Part shown: positions 1 to 9,272 of the stretch, piece after piece
Layout of the letters: every line of letters begins with the position of its first letter
Position numbering within the stretch: position 1 is the stretch's first letter
Sequence record: SRR31156797_350
Direction: 5' to 3' (one strand)
DNA: 56,183 nucleotides
The notes under the pieces: model-generated
The model's input: only the letters and a program-made list of their open reading frames with translations
The model's database searches: none
What the model was told of the DNA's origin: nothing
Translations under genes and position numbers: made by a program

Positions 1-29
1 GGTCGCCGGTTCGAAACCGGTCTTTCACC
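1..29 (+). tRNA. 3' half of a tRNA, probably tRNA-His (truncated by window edge)
   Basis: T-arm GCCGG-TTCGAAA-CCGGT (5-21), then acceptor strand CTTTCAC and discriminator C. C73 is typical of bacterial tRNA-His. Anticodon lies outside the window; CCA is not fully encoded (CCT). Confidence 0.7.
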
Positions 30-35
30 CCTAAG

Positions 36-68
36 AAAAAAGCAAGTTCATTTGAACTTGCTTTTTTT
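36..68. terminator. Bidirectional intrinsic terminator between the tRNA and the convergent PorV-like gene
   Basis: AAAAAAGCAAGTTCA-TT-TGAACTTGCTTTTTTT; perfect inverted repeat with A and T tracts on both sides. Confidence 0.9.
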
Positions 69-86
69 GTTTTATACTGTTTTGTT

Positions 87-1151
87 TTAATCGAAAGAAT
101 ACGAAAGGGAAAACACATTAGAATACTTTGCAATAGACTGATCTCCAACATCTGTTAACGCATAATCTAACCTGATTCCTTTGTAGTTAATACCCAAACC
201 AAGGTTAGGTTGAAAGGTCCACTCCGAAGTGTTATTGAAATCAGTCTTCTCTTGAAAGTTATTTACCCCGGCTCGAAGAAATATATTTTTTTTAAACGAT
301 GCCTCCACTCCCATGTGTGGATCGATACTCAAAGGATCTCCTTGTACCAAAACATTTCGTTTTCCATCAAAGGTAAGATCTGCATTAAATTCGGTTAAAA
401 TTCCAAAATTCTCAGATATTTTAAAATCCTTACTTACTCCCAATATCAAACGAGGCAAGGTTAGTTCTGTAGAATTTTCTGGAATTTCATTACCGGTTAT
501 TGCGAACACTTCCTCTAAATCATCGGTATTAAATACCCAGGAATTAAAAGTGCTAGAAGCATCCCTTAATACAGCAGCAAATCTCCAGTTCGATTTTTTA
601 TAAGTTGCAGATAAATCAATACCAAAACCATAAGCATTTGCAAAATCTCCAGTATGTCGGTAGATTAATTTCACATTTCCACCAACACTTAATCCTTTAA
701 TTTTTGTTTGGCGAGCATAGGAAATTAAAAACGCATAATCAGCTGATGTAAAAGTTGTAATTCTGTCGTAGCGTAAATTTCCATCCTTATCTATCAATTC
801 CAATGTATTGGGAATGTCATCAACTCCATATCGTATCAAACTTAATCCAAGTGCACTTTCTTTGTTCAATTTAATTGCAAATCCCAGGTAATCGTAGGTC
901 GACAATCCTCCAAAGTATTCCGAGTGCATTACTGATGCATCGTACTTATTTTGAAGATCAACAAGGGATGAAGGATTCCAATAAGCAGCTTCTACCGTAC
1001 TTTGGCTAGCAATACTAGAATTACCCATGGCAAAAGATCGTGCTCCAACTCCAATAGACAGAAATTCGTTACTATAAGTTGGCGCTGAAGTTTGTCCTTG
1101 TGCAAGACTGCAATAAAAACAAATAATTAAGAGAGTTACTACTATTCGCAT
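87..1151 (-). CDS. PorV/PorQ-family (FadL-like) outer-membrane beta-barrel, T9SS-associated
   Basis: Signal peptide from MRIVVTLLII (ATG at 1151, preferred over 1241). YSNEFLSIGVGARSFAMG and YWNPS motifs; alternating beta-strands; aromatic C-terminus. Confidence 0.75.
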   Translation of the reverse strand: MRIVVTLLIICFYCSLAQGQTSAPTYSNEFLSIGVGARSFAMGNSSIASQSTVEAAYWNPSSLVDLQNKYDASVMHSEYFGGLSTYDYLGFAIKLNKESALGLSLIRYGVDDIPNTLELIDKDGNLRYDRITTFTSADYAFLISYARQTKIKGLSVGGNVKLIYRHTGDFANAYGFGIDLSATYKKSNWRFAAVLRDASSTFNSWVFNTDDLEEVFAITGNEIPENSTELTLPRLILGVSKDFKISENFGILTEFNADLTFDGKRNVLVQGDPLSIDPHMGVEASFKKNIFLRAGVNNFQEKTDFNNTSEWTFQPNLGLGINYKGIRLDYALTDVGDQSIAKYSNVFSLSYSFD

Positions 1152-1276
1152 ATCAAATATTTCTAAGTCTGGTAAAAATAACATGCTTTTTTTAATCTCA
1201 CACATACAGAGAAGATAAATAAGCAGTTTCGGAAAATTCAATTATTTTTGTGCATTACTTAACAAAACTCAATTTC

Positions 1277-2032
1277 ATGTCTCAAGCAAAAGAAATCATA
1301 AAACATATCCCAAATACAATCACCTGTATGAACCTTTTTTCGGGTTGTACGGCAAGCTTAATGGCAATAGAGGGTCATTTGGTTAGCGCAGCTGTTTTAA
1401 TCATTATAGCAGCTGTTTTCGATTTTTTCGATGGATTGGCTGCTCGAGTTCTAAAAGCCTACTCGCCTATGGGAAAAGAATTAGATTCAATCGCCGACAT
1501 GGTTAGTTTTGGATTTGCTCCTGGTCTTATTGCTTTTGGATATTTAAAGATAGCCGTATTAGGTGATGTACATGCTGATTTCAATCCATCAGAATTCACA
1601 AATTCACAAATAGCCTTGCTACTATCGGCTTTTATTATTCCCATTTTTTCAGCGCTCCGACTAGCAAAGTTTAATATCGATACACGTCAGACTTCATCTT
1701 TTATTGGTGTTCCAACACCTGCAAATGCAATGTTCTGGGCTTCATTTCCTTTAATTTTATTCTTTGGAGATTACCCTACGATAGAATTATGGCTGAGCAA
1801 TACTATTGTGATCATCATTACCATTATTTTCACATCGCTTCTTTTGGTCTCAGAAATACCAATGTTTGCTCTAAAAGTGAAAAACTTAAAATGGAGCGAT
1901 AATAAGGTTATCTATCTATTCCTAATCACCTTGCTTATTATAGCCATTCTAATAAAGTGGCTAGTCATTCCAATGATATTAATTATTTATCTTTTATTCT
2001 CGCTGATAAACAATTGGATAGTTAAGAAATAG
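1277..2032 (+). CDS. pssA: CDP-diacylglycerol--serine O-phosphatidyltransferase
   Basis: CDP-alcohol phosphotransferase motif DFFDGLAAR..S.MGKELDSIADMVSFG; IPNTITCMNL; RLAKFN; FIGVPTPA. Confidence 0.88.
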   Translation: MSQAKEIIKHIPNTITCMNLFSGCTASLMAIEGHLVSAAVLIIIAAVFDFFDGLAARVLKAYSPMGKELDSIADMVSFGFAPGLIAFGYLKIAVLGDVHADFNPSEFTNSQIALLLSAFIIPIFSALRLAKFNIDTRQTSSFIGVPTPANAMFWASFPLILFFGDYPTIELWLSNTIVIIITIIFTSLLLVSEIPMFALKVKNLKWSDNKVIYLFLITLLIIAILIKWLVIPMILIIYLLFSLINNWIVKK

Positions 2033-2046
2033 ATTCTTTGCTCATA

Positions 2047-2083
2047 AACAAAGCCTAAAGGATAATATCCTTTAGGCTTTGTT
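2047..2083. terminator. Terminator-like hairpin between convergent pssA and DUF3857 genes
   Basis: 17-bp perfect stem AACAAAGCCTAAAGGAT-AAT-ATCCTTTAGGCTTTGTT. Confidence 0.8.
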
Positions 2084-2099
2084 GCATTTTGACATTTAA

Positions 2100-4040
2100 T
2101 CATTTCTCAGATATATTAATGTCTTTTTTTATAATGATATTCGTATTCAAATGTTTTACCATAAGAGAATACAATTCACGCAAATCGGCATATAAATCCT
2201 TACTTATCGAAGCACGATTAATTTTAAAATCAATCTTAAGTTTTAATTCATCGTTAATGATATTACTGGTAAGCCCGAACTTGGCAATATTGTCGGGTAA
2301 TTTCACTAATTGACCAGTAGGAATTTCTTCGAAACGATAAGATTTCGGTATTTTTATACTTATCATTACGAGCATATTTCGTTTGTAATTGTAGTCAATT
2401 CGATACTGTCTTGTTTCTTTTAAAAAGGGATTTTTCTTCAAAAGCTGAGGAAAGGGATTAAAATAAATCACATTCGATTCATTATCCCATTCAACTTCAA
2501 TGGGTATTCTTGATTTTACAATTAAGGGTTTATTTACCTTTAATTCATTCTCAACCTCTGTTGAGTCCTTACTCAATTCAAATAGAGAAGAATTCATTAT
2601 ACTTCTTAAATTTGATTCTACTCCAGTCCTACATATAATTTGGCGACTTTCCGAGGCATAATATCCATTTTGTTGGATTTGTAAATTACAAACAGGGTCA
2701 TTTAAATTCGTAAAATCATAATTCAAATTCAAATATTGACGGGACTTTCCATACGGGAGCACTTTCTGCCAGGTTGGATTACTTTTGACCAACACAAAAG
2801 CATAAAAATTTAAATCTTTTTCAGCAAGTAAATTATAGGGTCTATAAGGTGATGTTGCATTTAAAAATAACTTATTACCATACAGATCAACACAAGCCAA
2901 TACTTGATTGAATTGACTCATCAGAGGATAGTCTTTTTGCAACAATCCCAGATTATTTGTTCTCGATAAAGCTGGATTACAATTTAAGCCTGCCTCCCTC
3001 AAGAGCAATACCAAAAGTAAATTTATTTCAGAATTCGACGCCACTTTCTCCTCCAATATTTTTGGGGCAGATTTCTTAGGATAAATTCTGTACAACTCAT
3101 TCCATTTCACATTTTTTCGAATGTAATCGTACACTTTAATTACTTTCTCCCGATCGTTCTCACCTCCATCCAGGATATCTTCAAGTACTTTTTGCGCAAA
3201 ACCCTTTCTATTTAAAATATCAACTCTTTCCAAATACTCTTTAGACAAATTTTTCCATGTTAATCGGGAATCTACAAATTTTACTGTTCCGTGCATGGCA
3301 TGATCTTTCGTATAATAACCAGACAGTTGAAATCTGATTTGCTCCACAAAATCCATATGATTATTTACAAACTCTTCCTTTCTAATGGAAGGCATATCTG
3401 TTAAAATCCACTCATTGGTAACATTTTTTATGTATTTTGAACTTAAACGATCACCAAAAGTGACCAAATTATATCGAAAAGTCTCAGGCATATTTACCTT
3501 TAAACTACTATATAGTGTGGGAATATCATCCTGAAAATACCATGTATCCAAATAAGTATAAAAATTGGAATTTAAAACATATTTGTATTCAATAATGGAA
3601 CCAACTTTAACCGAAGGCATACCGAAGCGAGTTTCACCATAATTTTCATCTGTATCTACATTAAATATTGATTTACTAGATAAAACCGCAATTTGTTTTT
3701 TCCCATCCGCATCAAAATCAACAGTCTGCCCTTTTACGCCAGATATATTCTCGATACCATCTCTACGAAAGAAAGGCAATTCAACATCTGCATATTTTAA
3801 TCCTTCTTCTTTTAAAACCTTAATACGTACATGATAAAAATAACGTATCATTGAATACGAAATGTCTATTTTACAGGTCTTGTGTAAAATAACAGCGACT
3901 GCATCTTTCTCGTAGGAGCACTCGGTAAGCTTAATTTCTTCTTTGCTGTATTTACCAAACTTAACTCCCTTAGCATTACATTCTAGCGAAGTAATAAATA
4001 GCAATAAGATAAGTAAGCCCACAACATTATATGTTTTCAT
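2100..4040 (-). CDS. Secreted DUF3857 / transglutaminase-like domain protein
   Basis: Signal peptide; RIKVL..EG, MPSVKVGSIIEYKY and W.FQ..IP motifs of DUF3857; transglutaminase-like core (VYDYIRKNVKWN...EINLLL...LREAG...FNQVL). Confidence 0.75.
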   Translation of the reverse strand: MKTYNVVGLLILLLFITSLECNAKGVKFGKYSKEEIKLTECSYEKDAVAVILHKTCKIDISYSMIRYFYHVRIKVLKEEGLKYADVELPFFRRDGIENISGVKGQTVDFDADGKKQIAVLSSKSIFNVDTDENYGETRFGMPSVKVGSIIEYKYVLNSNFYTYLDTWYFQDDIPTLYSSLKVNMPETFRYNLVTFGDRLSSKYIKNVTNEWILTDMPSIRKEEFVNNHMDFVEQIRFQLSGYYTKDHAMHGTVKFVDSRLTWKNLSKEYLERVDILNRKGFAQKVLEDILDGGENDREKVIKVYDYIRKNVKWNELYRIYPKKSAPKILEEKVASNSEINLLLVLLLREAGLNCNPALSRTNNLGLLQKDYPLMSQFNQVLACVDLYGNKLFLNATSPYRPYNLLAEKDLNFYAFVLVKSNPTWQKVLPYGKSRQYLNLNYDFTNLNDPVCNLQIQQNGYYASESRQIICRTGVESNLRSIMNSSLFELSKDSTEVENELKVNKPLIVKSRIPIEVEWDNESNVIYFNPFPQLLKKNPFLKETRQYRIDYNYKRNMLVMISIKIPKSYRFEEIPTGQLVKLPDNIAKFGLTSNIINDELKLKIDFKINRASISKDLYADLRELYSLMVKHLNTNIIIKKDINISEK

Positions 4041-4176
4041 AAGATATGATTTAGATCATATCAAGTTAAACAAAATAATGATACTAGTAGCAAAATAAAT
4101 ATTCAATATTGCAATATATGTTTATAATATAGATTAATTATAGCAGGGGAATTATTACCTTTTGGTATCTTAAATT

Positions 4177-5268
4177 TTATTTCCGATTCATAACTTCATT
4201 CTGCTTTAAAATGGCTTCTTTATGAATCATTCGAAGTAACTGAGTGGTAAATTTCTCTGATAAACCAAGACTTTTAGCCAAATCAATTCCTCTTTCTCTC
4301 ACTTTTTCCCATCGCTGCAATTGAAGAATTGTCATGTTTTTCTCATGCTTGTATTCTCCTATTTCTTCAACAATGTTCATGCGTTGAGCTAACAACTCAA
4401 TCAATTGAGCGTCTACCGAATCAATTTGATCACGATACTTGTCCAACTGATCAATTTCCTGACCATCTACATCATGCAAACGACACACTAAACTACGAAG
4501 CAGCTTATCTAAATCCTTAGGTGTTAGTTGCTGTTCAGAGTCACTCAAAGCTTCATCGGGATTAAAATGACTTTCTATCATCAATCCGTCCATATTCAAA
4601 TCCATCGCTTTCTGAGCCATTTCATGAATGTATTTTCTGCTTCCTGCGATATGTGAGGGATCACAAATTATAGGTAAATTATGAAATCGTGATTTCAGTT
4701 CTATCGGAATTTCCCACTTGGGAATGTTTCGCAATAAAGTTTTTTCGAAAGGATAAAATCCACGATGTATAGCTGCCAATTTTGAAATTCCAGCCTTGTG
4801 AATTCTTTCCAAGGCACCTATCCATAAATTTATATCAGGATTAATTGGATTTTTCACCATTACCGGCACATTCATTCCTTGTAACGCACTTGCCAATTCC
4901 TGAACCGAAAAAGGATTAGATGTGGTTCTCGCACCTACCCATAAAATATCAACATTATGACGTAAACACATCTCCACATGCTTCGGCGAGGCAACCTCAA
5001 CAGTAGTTAAAAGACCTGTTTCAAGCTTAACTCTATTCAACCATTGAAGAGCATCTTCTCCTCTTCCTTCAAACGAATTGGGACGAGTACGTGGTTTCCA
5101 AACTCCTGCTCTGAAAATCTTCACTTGCTCCACCTTTTTCAATTCATTAGCCGTAGCCAACAACTGTTCTTCCGACTCTGCGCTGCAAGGTCCACTAATC
5201 ACAATAGGGTGAGTATCCAACTTTTTAAACCAATTGTGTATTGGTTTAATATTATCCAAATCGCTCAT
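4177..5268 (-). CDS. Bifunctional DAHP synthase / chorismate mutase (Bacteroidota type)
   Basis: ISGPCSAES, FRAGVWKPRTRP, VGART, KNP, HRGF, DPSH and GLMIESH motifs; C-terminal AroQ domain (RDQIDSVD..L..LLAQRM). Confidence 0.92.
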   Translation of the reverse strand: MSDLDNIKPIHNWFKKLDTHPIVISGPCSAESEEQLLATANELKKVEQVKIFRAGVWKPRTRPNSFEGRGEDALQWLNRVKLETGLLTTVEVASPKHVEMCLRHNVDILWVGARTTSNPFSVQELASALQGMNVPVMVKNPINPDINLWIGALERIHKAGISKLAAIHRGFYPFEKTLLRNIPKWEIPIELKSRFHNLPIICDPSHIAGSRKYIHEMAQKAMDLNMDGLMIESHFNPDEALSDSEQQLTPKDLDKLLRSLVCRLHDVDGQEIDQLDKYRDQIDSVDAQLIELLAQRMNIVEEIGEYKHEKNMTILQLQRWEKVRERGIDLAKSLGLSEKFTTQLLRMIHKEAILKQNEVMNRK

Positions 5269-5288
5269 ATTTTAAAATTTAGGCAGCA

Positions 5289-5296
5289 CAAAATTA
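5289..5296 (-). promoter_or_regulatory. Bacteroidota -7 promoter element for the DAHP synthase gene
   Basis: TAATTTTG on the minus strand, 20 nt upstream of the ATG. Confidence 0.6.
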
Positions 5297-5825
5297 CACT
5301 TTTAAACGAGACTGTAAAATCCTTTAAAAAGAATAAGCAATAGATCAAAACTATTAACTCTCTTTAATCAGAAATATATTGTTTGAATGTTTATTCAACC
5401 TTAACGACAACTACATACAATAATTCCTAATAGCCTATTAGCTCAATAATAAGATGTGGAAAGCCTTTTTATAAAACATTAATATTTATAGTAAACTCAT
5501 TAGCATATAGAAACTTTTTATATCAACATTTAAAAAATCAATAAACATTTAATTAACAGCAGCTTGTACATCCTATAAATTAACACACTCCTACTAAAAA
5601 CACCCTGATTTAAAAGGCTTTTAGCCTTTTCTCGTTAAATCTAGAAGTAATTTTTACTTCTATTACACAAAATGTTAACATTTTAAACACCCACAGCAAG
5701 CACTCTTCTAATTATCGAATTTTCAGCACCTTAACACAACCTTCACCGATATCCTAGTAAATTCACATCAAATTTGTTGATTATTGCAGCTTAATCATCC
5801 CCTATTCCAATTCGATATATTTCTT

Positions 5826-5833
5826 TATATTTG
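5826..5833 (+). promoter_or_regulatory. Bacteroidota -7 promoter element for the respiratory gene cluster
   Basis: TATATTTG matches TAnnTTTG and lies about 180 nt upstream of the ATG at 6014. Confidence 0.5.
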
Positions 5834-6013
5834 AATTACCACGCAAACGTTGGTGAAACATAAAAATTTTAAACAAGTGGCACCTTAAAGCCCTAAAAAC
5901 AAAGAAAGCCCCTTCTTATTTAGAATCGTTTTAAGGAACTGCATTTACTTTTATTTTTAGTGGGTCTTAACTGATAAAATAAGAGTTAATTTGAAAACTA
6001 ACCTTATAGCATA

Positions 6014-6949
6014 ATGAAAGAAGAATCATCAAACCACAGTAGACGAAAATTCCTGAAAAGTTTTGGTATTTCGGTTGGTGCAGCCGGTGTGGTAAGTAGC
6101 TTTTCTCTTTTGGGAGCTGCCAAAGCTGCAGCAAAACAACCTGGAGAAATGGTTAATTTGCTTACTCAAGACGGACAGTTGGTTCAGGTTGATAAAAACC
6201 AACTAAGACCTACTGTTACCGAACCTCTTAATGAACTTCAAGAAAGAGGTAGAGAAGGTATTCCTGGAAAATCCTTCGTTATGGTTATTGATTTAAGCAA
6301 ATGTCGAAATGCAAGAAAATGCATGTCGGCTTGTCAGAATCACCACCAGCTAAGAGCAGACCAACACCACATTAATGTTCTTCAAATGCAGGATGCTGAA
6401 CATACGGCTCCTTATTTTATGCCTAAGCCTTGTCAGCATTGCGATAATCCTCCATGTACAAAAGTTTGCCCGGTAGATGCAACTTTTAAGCGTCAGGATG
6501 GTATTGTTTTAATTGACAATGAAAGATGTATTGGCTGTAGATTCTGTATTGCAGCCTGTCCTTATTCAGCACGTATTTTCCAATGGACAGAACCTAAAGA
6601 TGCTGAAAAATACAAAGATCTAACTTATAATATTGAAGCCAACGTTCCTCAGAAAAAAGGTACAGTTAGTAAATGTCTGTTTAGCGCAGATCGTCTACGC
6701 GAAGATAAACTTCCTTCATGTGTTTCTGCCTGTCCCAATGGGGTTTATTATTTTGGTGACAGAAACGAAGATGCAGTTACAAACGGTACAACTGGCGAAA
6801 CAGTTCGATTCTCGAATCTAATTGAAGAAAACGCAGGTTACACCTTAATGGAAGAATTAGGCACTAAACCTCGTGTATACTACTTGCCTCCAAAAAATAG
6901 AGCCTTTGAGTTTAACGGAGATTTATTAGACGAAGAAAATCTTCACTAG
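6014..6949 (+). CDS. Tat-exported 4Fe-4S dicluster protein (NrfC/DsrO/PsrB family)
   Basis: SRRKFLK twin-arginine signal; four ferredoxin-type motifs (CRNARKCMSAC, CQHCDNPPCTKVCP, CIGCRFCIAACP, CLFS..PSCVSACP); C-terminal LGTKPRVYYL. Confidence 0.9.
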   Translation: MKEESSNHSRRKFLKSFGISVGAAGVVSSFSLLGAAKAAAKQPGEMVNLLTQDGQLVQVDKNQLRPTVTEPLNELQERGREGIPGKSFVMVIDLSKCRNARKCMSACQNHHQLRADQHHINVLQMQDAEHTAPYFMPKPCQHCDNPPCTKVCPVDATFKRQDGIVLIDNERCIGCRFCIAACPYSARIFQWTEPKDAEKYKDLTYNIEANVPQKKGTVSKCLFSADRLREDKLPSCVSACPNGVYYFGDRNEDAVTNGTTGETVRFSNLIEENAGYTLMEELGTKPRVYYLPPKNRAFEFNGDLLDEENLH

Positions 6950-6998
6950 AATACCAATAAAACTATAGATAATTATTTGCCCTAAATAACTAAATCTT

Positions 6999-8339
6999 AT
7001 GAATGACTTACCAAAACAGAAAGAAAACACTCTTTCGTTTGAAAAGATAAAAAAGGACATTCTACATCCAATGCAAAACCATAAGGGTCTTGAACTTTGG
7101 CTTGTATTTCTAATAACAGTAATTAGTGTTTGTGGCTGGGCCTACTATGTGCAATTGCGCGATGGTCTGGGAGTTACAGGCATGCGCGATTACGTTTCCT
7201 GGGGACTGTACATCGCCAACTTTGTATTTTTTGTTGCAGTTAGTTTGGTAGGAATGTTGATTTCCTCCATACTTGGATTGCTACGAATTGATTGGATTAC
7301 TCCAATATCCAGAATTGCTGAGATAATAGCGGTAGCATTTGTAGCCGTTGCTGGCTTAGTAATCGTTCTGGATATGGGTCGCCCCGACAGAGTTTTAAAC
7401 GTAATGATTCACGGTCGTTTTCAATCTCCAATTCTTTGGGATGTCACCGTAATTACCACTTACCTAACAGTTAGTGCTCTTTTATTAATTCTTCCGATGA
7501 TTCCTGATTTGGCTATCTGCAAGAATGAACTAAAAAAGGCATCTCCAATTATGAAGAAGTTATACAACATTCTTTCTTTTGGATACATTAATACGCCAGA
7601 ACAGCACAAGCACCTACATAAAATGATTAGAACCTTAATGGTACTAATTGTTCCTATTGGTTTGGCAATTCACACCGTTACTTCATGGTTGTTTGCGGCA
7701 ACTTTACGTAATGGATGGGATACAACTATTTTTGGTCCTTATTTCGTTGCAGGAGCATTTGTTGCGGGTACCGCTGCCTTAATCATTGCCATGTATTTCT
7801 TCAGAGTTAACTATAAACTCCAAGATTACATCACAGATCTGCAATTCGATAAAATGGGGAAACTATTGGTAGCCGTTTGTTTGGTTTATCTATACTTTAA
7901 CCTTAACGAATTCCTTGTTCCGGGATATAAAATGAAAACCGGTGACGATGTTCACCTTAAGGAGTTATTCTATGGTAACTGGGCTATCATGTTTTGGGCA
8001 TCGCAATTACTAGGTAACATTATTCCAATTATTTTATTAGTAGGCAAGAAATTCCGGAAGCCATTACCAATAATGATTATTTCTCTTTTCATTCTGGCTG
8101 GTGCTTGGTTTAAGCGTTACGTTATTGTAATTCCGACCATGCTTCACCCTCATCTACCAATTCAGAATGTTCCTGAAAATTTCGTTCACTACTACCCTAG
8201 TGCGATAGAGATATCAGTAACAGTATTGAGTTTTGCTTTGGTGCTTCTGATCATTACGATATTGTCGAAAATATTCCCTGTTGTACCTATTGTTGAAACC
8301 GCAGAAAGTAAAGGAATCGAAGTTAAAATTGATGCTTAA
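6999..8339 (+). CDS. NrfD/PsrC/DsrP-family quinol-interacting membrane subunit
   Basis: About 10 TM helices; GLGVTGM..VSWGLYIANFVF, DMGRP, SPILWD, IHTVT and KRYVIVIP motifs. Confidence 0.88.
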   Translation: MNDLPKQKENTLSFEKIKKDILHPMQNHKGLELWLVFLITVISVCGWAYYVQLRDGLGVTGMRDYVSWGLYIANFVFFVAVSLVGMLISSILGLLRIDWITPISRIAEIIAVAFVAVAGLVIVLDMGRPDRVLNVMIHGRFQSPILWDVTVITTYLTVSALLLILPMIPDLAICKNELKKASPIMKKLYNILSFGYINTPEQHKHLHKMIRTLMVLIVPIGLAIHTVTSWLFAATLRNGWDTTIFGPYFVAGAFVAGTAALIIAMYFFRVNYKLQDYITDLQFDKMGKLLVAVCLVYLYFNLNEFLVPGYKMKTGDDVHLKELFYGNWAIMFWASQLLGNIIPIILLVGKKFRKPLPIMIISLFILAGAWFKRYVIVIPTMLHPHLPIQNVPENFVHYYPSAIEISVTVLSFALVLLIITILSKIFPVVPIVETAESKGIEVKIDA

Positions 8340-8351
8340 AACTAAAGAAAG

Positions 8352-9272
8352 ATGAAGAATACAATAAAATCAATAGCTGCTTTATTCCTGATTTTTCTTT
8401 TCTCAGGTTCTGTAGTTAGTGCTCAGGATTGGACGATTCCAGCCTCGGCTAAAAAGAAACAAAATCCTTACGAAGCAACTTCTAAAAATGTAAGTTCTGG
8501 TAAAAAAATATACAATATTCATTGTAAGTCATGTCACGGTGATCCTACAATGGCGAATATGCTTCCTTTGGCTCCAGTAGCTCCTACCGACTTAGGTGCA
8601 CAAAATTTCCTTGTTCAATCGGATGGAGAAATTTACTACAAGGTAAACAAAGGAAAAGGTGCAATGCCAACCTTCGAAAAAACCTTAAGCGACGAAGACA
8701 AGTGGATGGTTTTATCATTCCTTCGTTCATTTGATAAAAACAAAAAAGTTGCTCAAAAAACTGTAGAAGTTAATAATCCTGAGGTTACCGAAGTTAAGTT
8801 GGAACTTAAAGTTGAAGATGCCGACAAAAAGATGATGGCTCAATTAACCGGTTTAACTAAAAAAGGAAAACGAGTAGGTCTTCAAGGTATAGAAATGAGT
8901 TTTCTTGTGAAAAGAAGTTTCGGTTATCTTGATGTATCAGGTGAAGATCCTTATACCAATGAAAAAGGTGAAGTGGAAGTTCTATTCCCTAATGATTTAC
9001 CGGGTGATCGTGAAGGTCAGGTTAATTTGCTTGTAAAAGTCACCGATGATGATTTTTACGGCAAAATGGAAGAAGCCAGAGTGGTTACTTTAGGTGTTCC
9101 AACTGATCCTAAAAACCCACTGGACGAAAGAGCAATGTGGGGGACTAGGGCAAATGCTCCTATCTGGATTATTGTGACTTTTATTGGTGGAGTTCTTTCA
9201 ATTTGGAGTGTAATCTTTTTGGTGTTATTCCAAATGATAAAGCTTCCAAAATTGGCAACTAAAAAAGACTAA
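8352..9272 (+). CDS. Monoheme cytochrome c with C-terminal beta-rich domain and membrane anchor
   Basis: Sec signal; CKSCH heme site; distal Met in GAMPTF; beta-rich domain; hydrophobic helix IWIIVTFIGGVLSIWSVIFLVLF followed by a basic tail. Confidence 0.85.
   Translation: MKNTIKSIAALFLIFLFSGSVVSAQDWTIPASAKKKQNPYEATSKNVSSGKKIYNIHCKSCHGDPTMANMLPLAPVAPTDLGAQNFLVQSDGEIYYKVNKGKGAMPTFEKTLSDEDKWMVLSFLRSFDKNKKVAQKTVEVNNPEVTEVKLELKVEDADKKMMAQLTGLTKKGKRVGLQGIEMSFLVKRSFGYLDVSGEDPYTNEKGEVEVLFPNDLPGDREGQVNLLVKVTDDDFYGKMEEARVVTLGVPTDPKNPLDERAMWGTRANAPIWIIVTFIGGVLSIWSVIFLVLFQMIKLPKLATKKD

Noticed and set aside
1-90. tRNA 3' end as an integration site for an island
   Set aside because: No integrase nearby and no repeat of the tRNA 3' end noticed in the window; flanking genes are core.
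4177-5268. DAHP synthase-chorismate mutase fusion as a novelty
   Set aside because: Well known and standard in Bacteroidota.
6014-9272. Calling the module canonical ACIII, Nrf, Psr or DsrMKJOP
   Set aside because: No ActA/D/F, molybdopterin-fold domain, NrfA, PsrA or DsrMK in the window. The Fe-S motif changes and the DMGRP motif differ from ActB/ActC.
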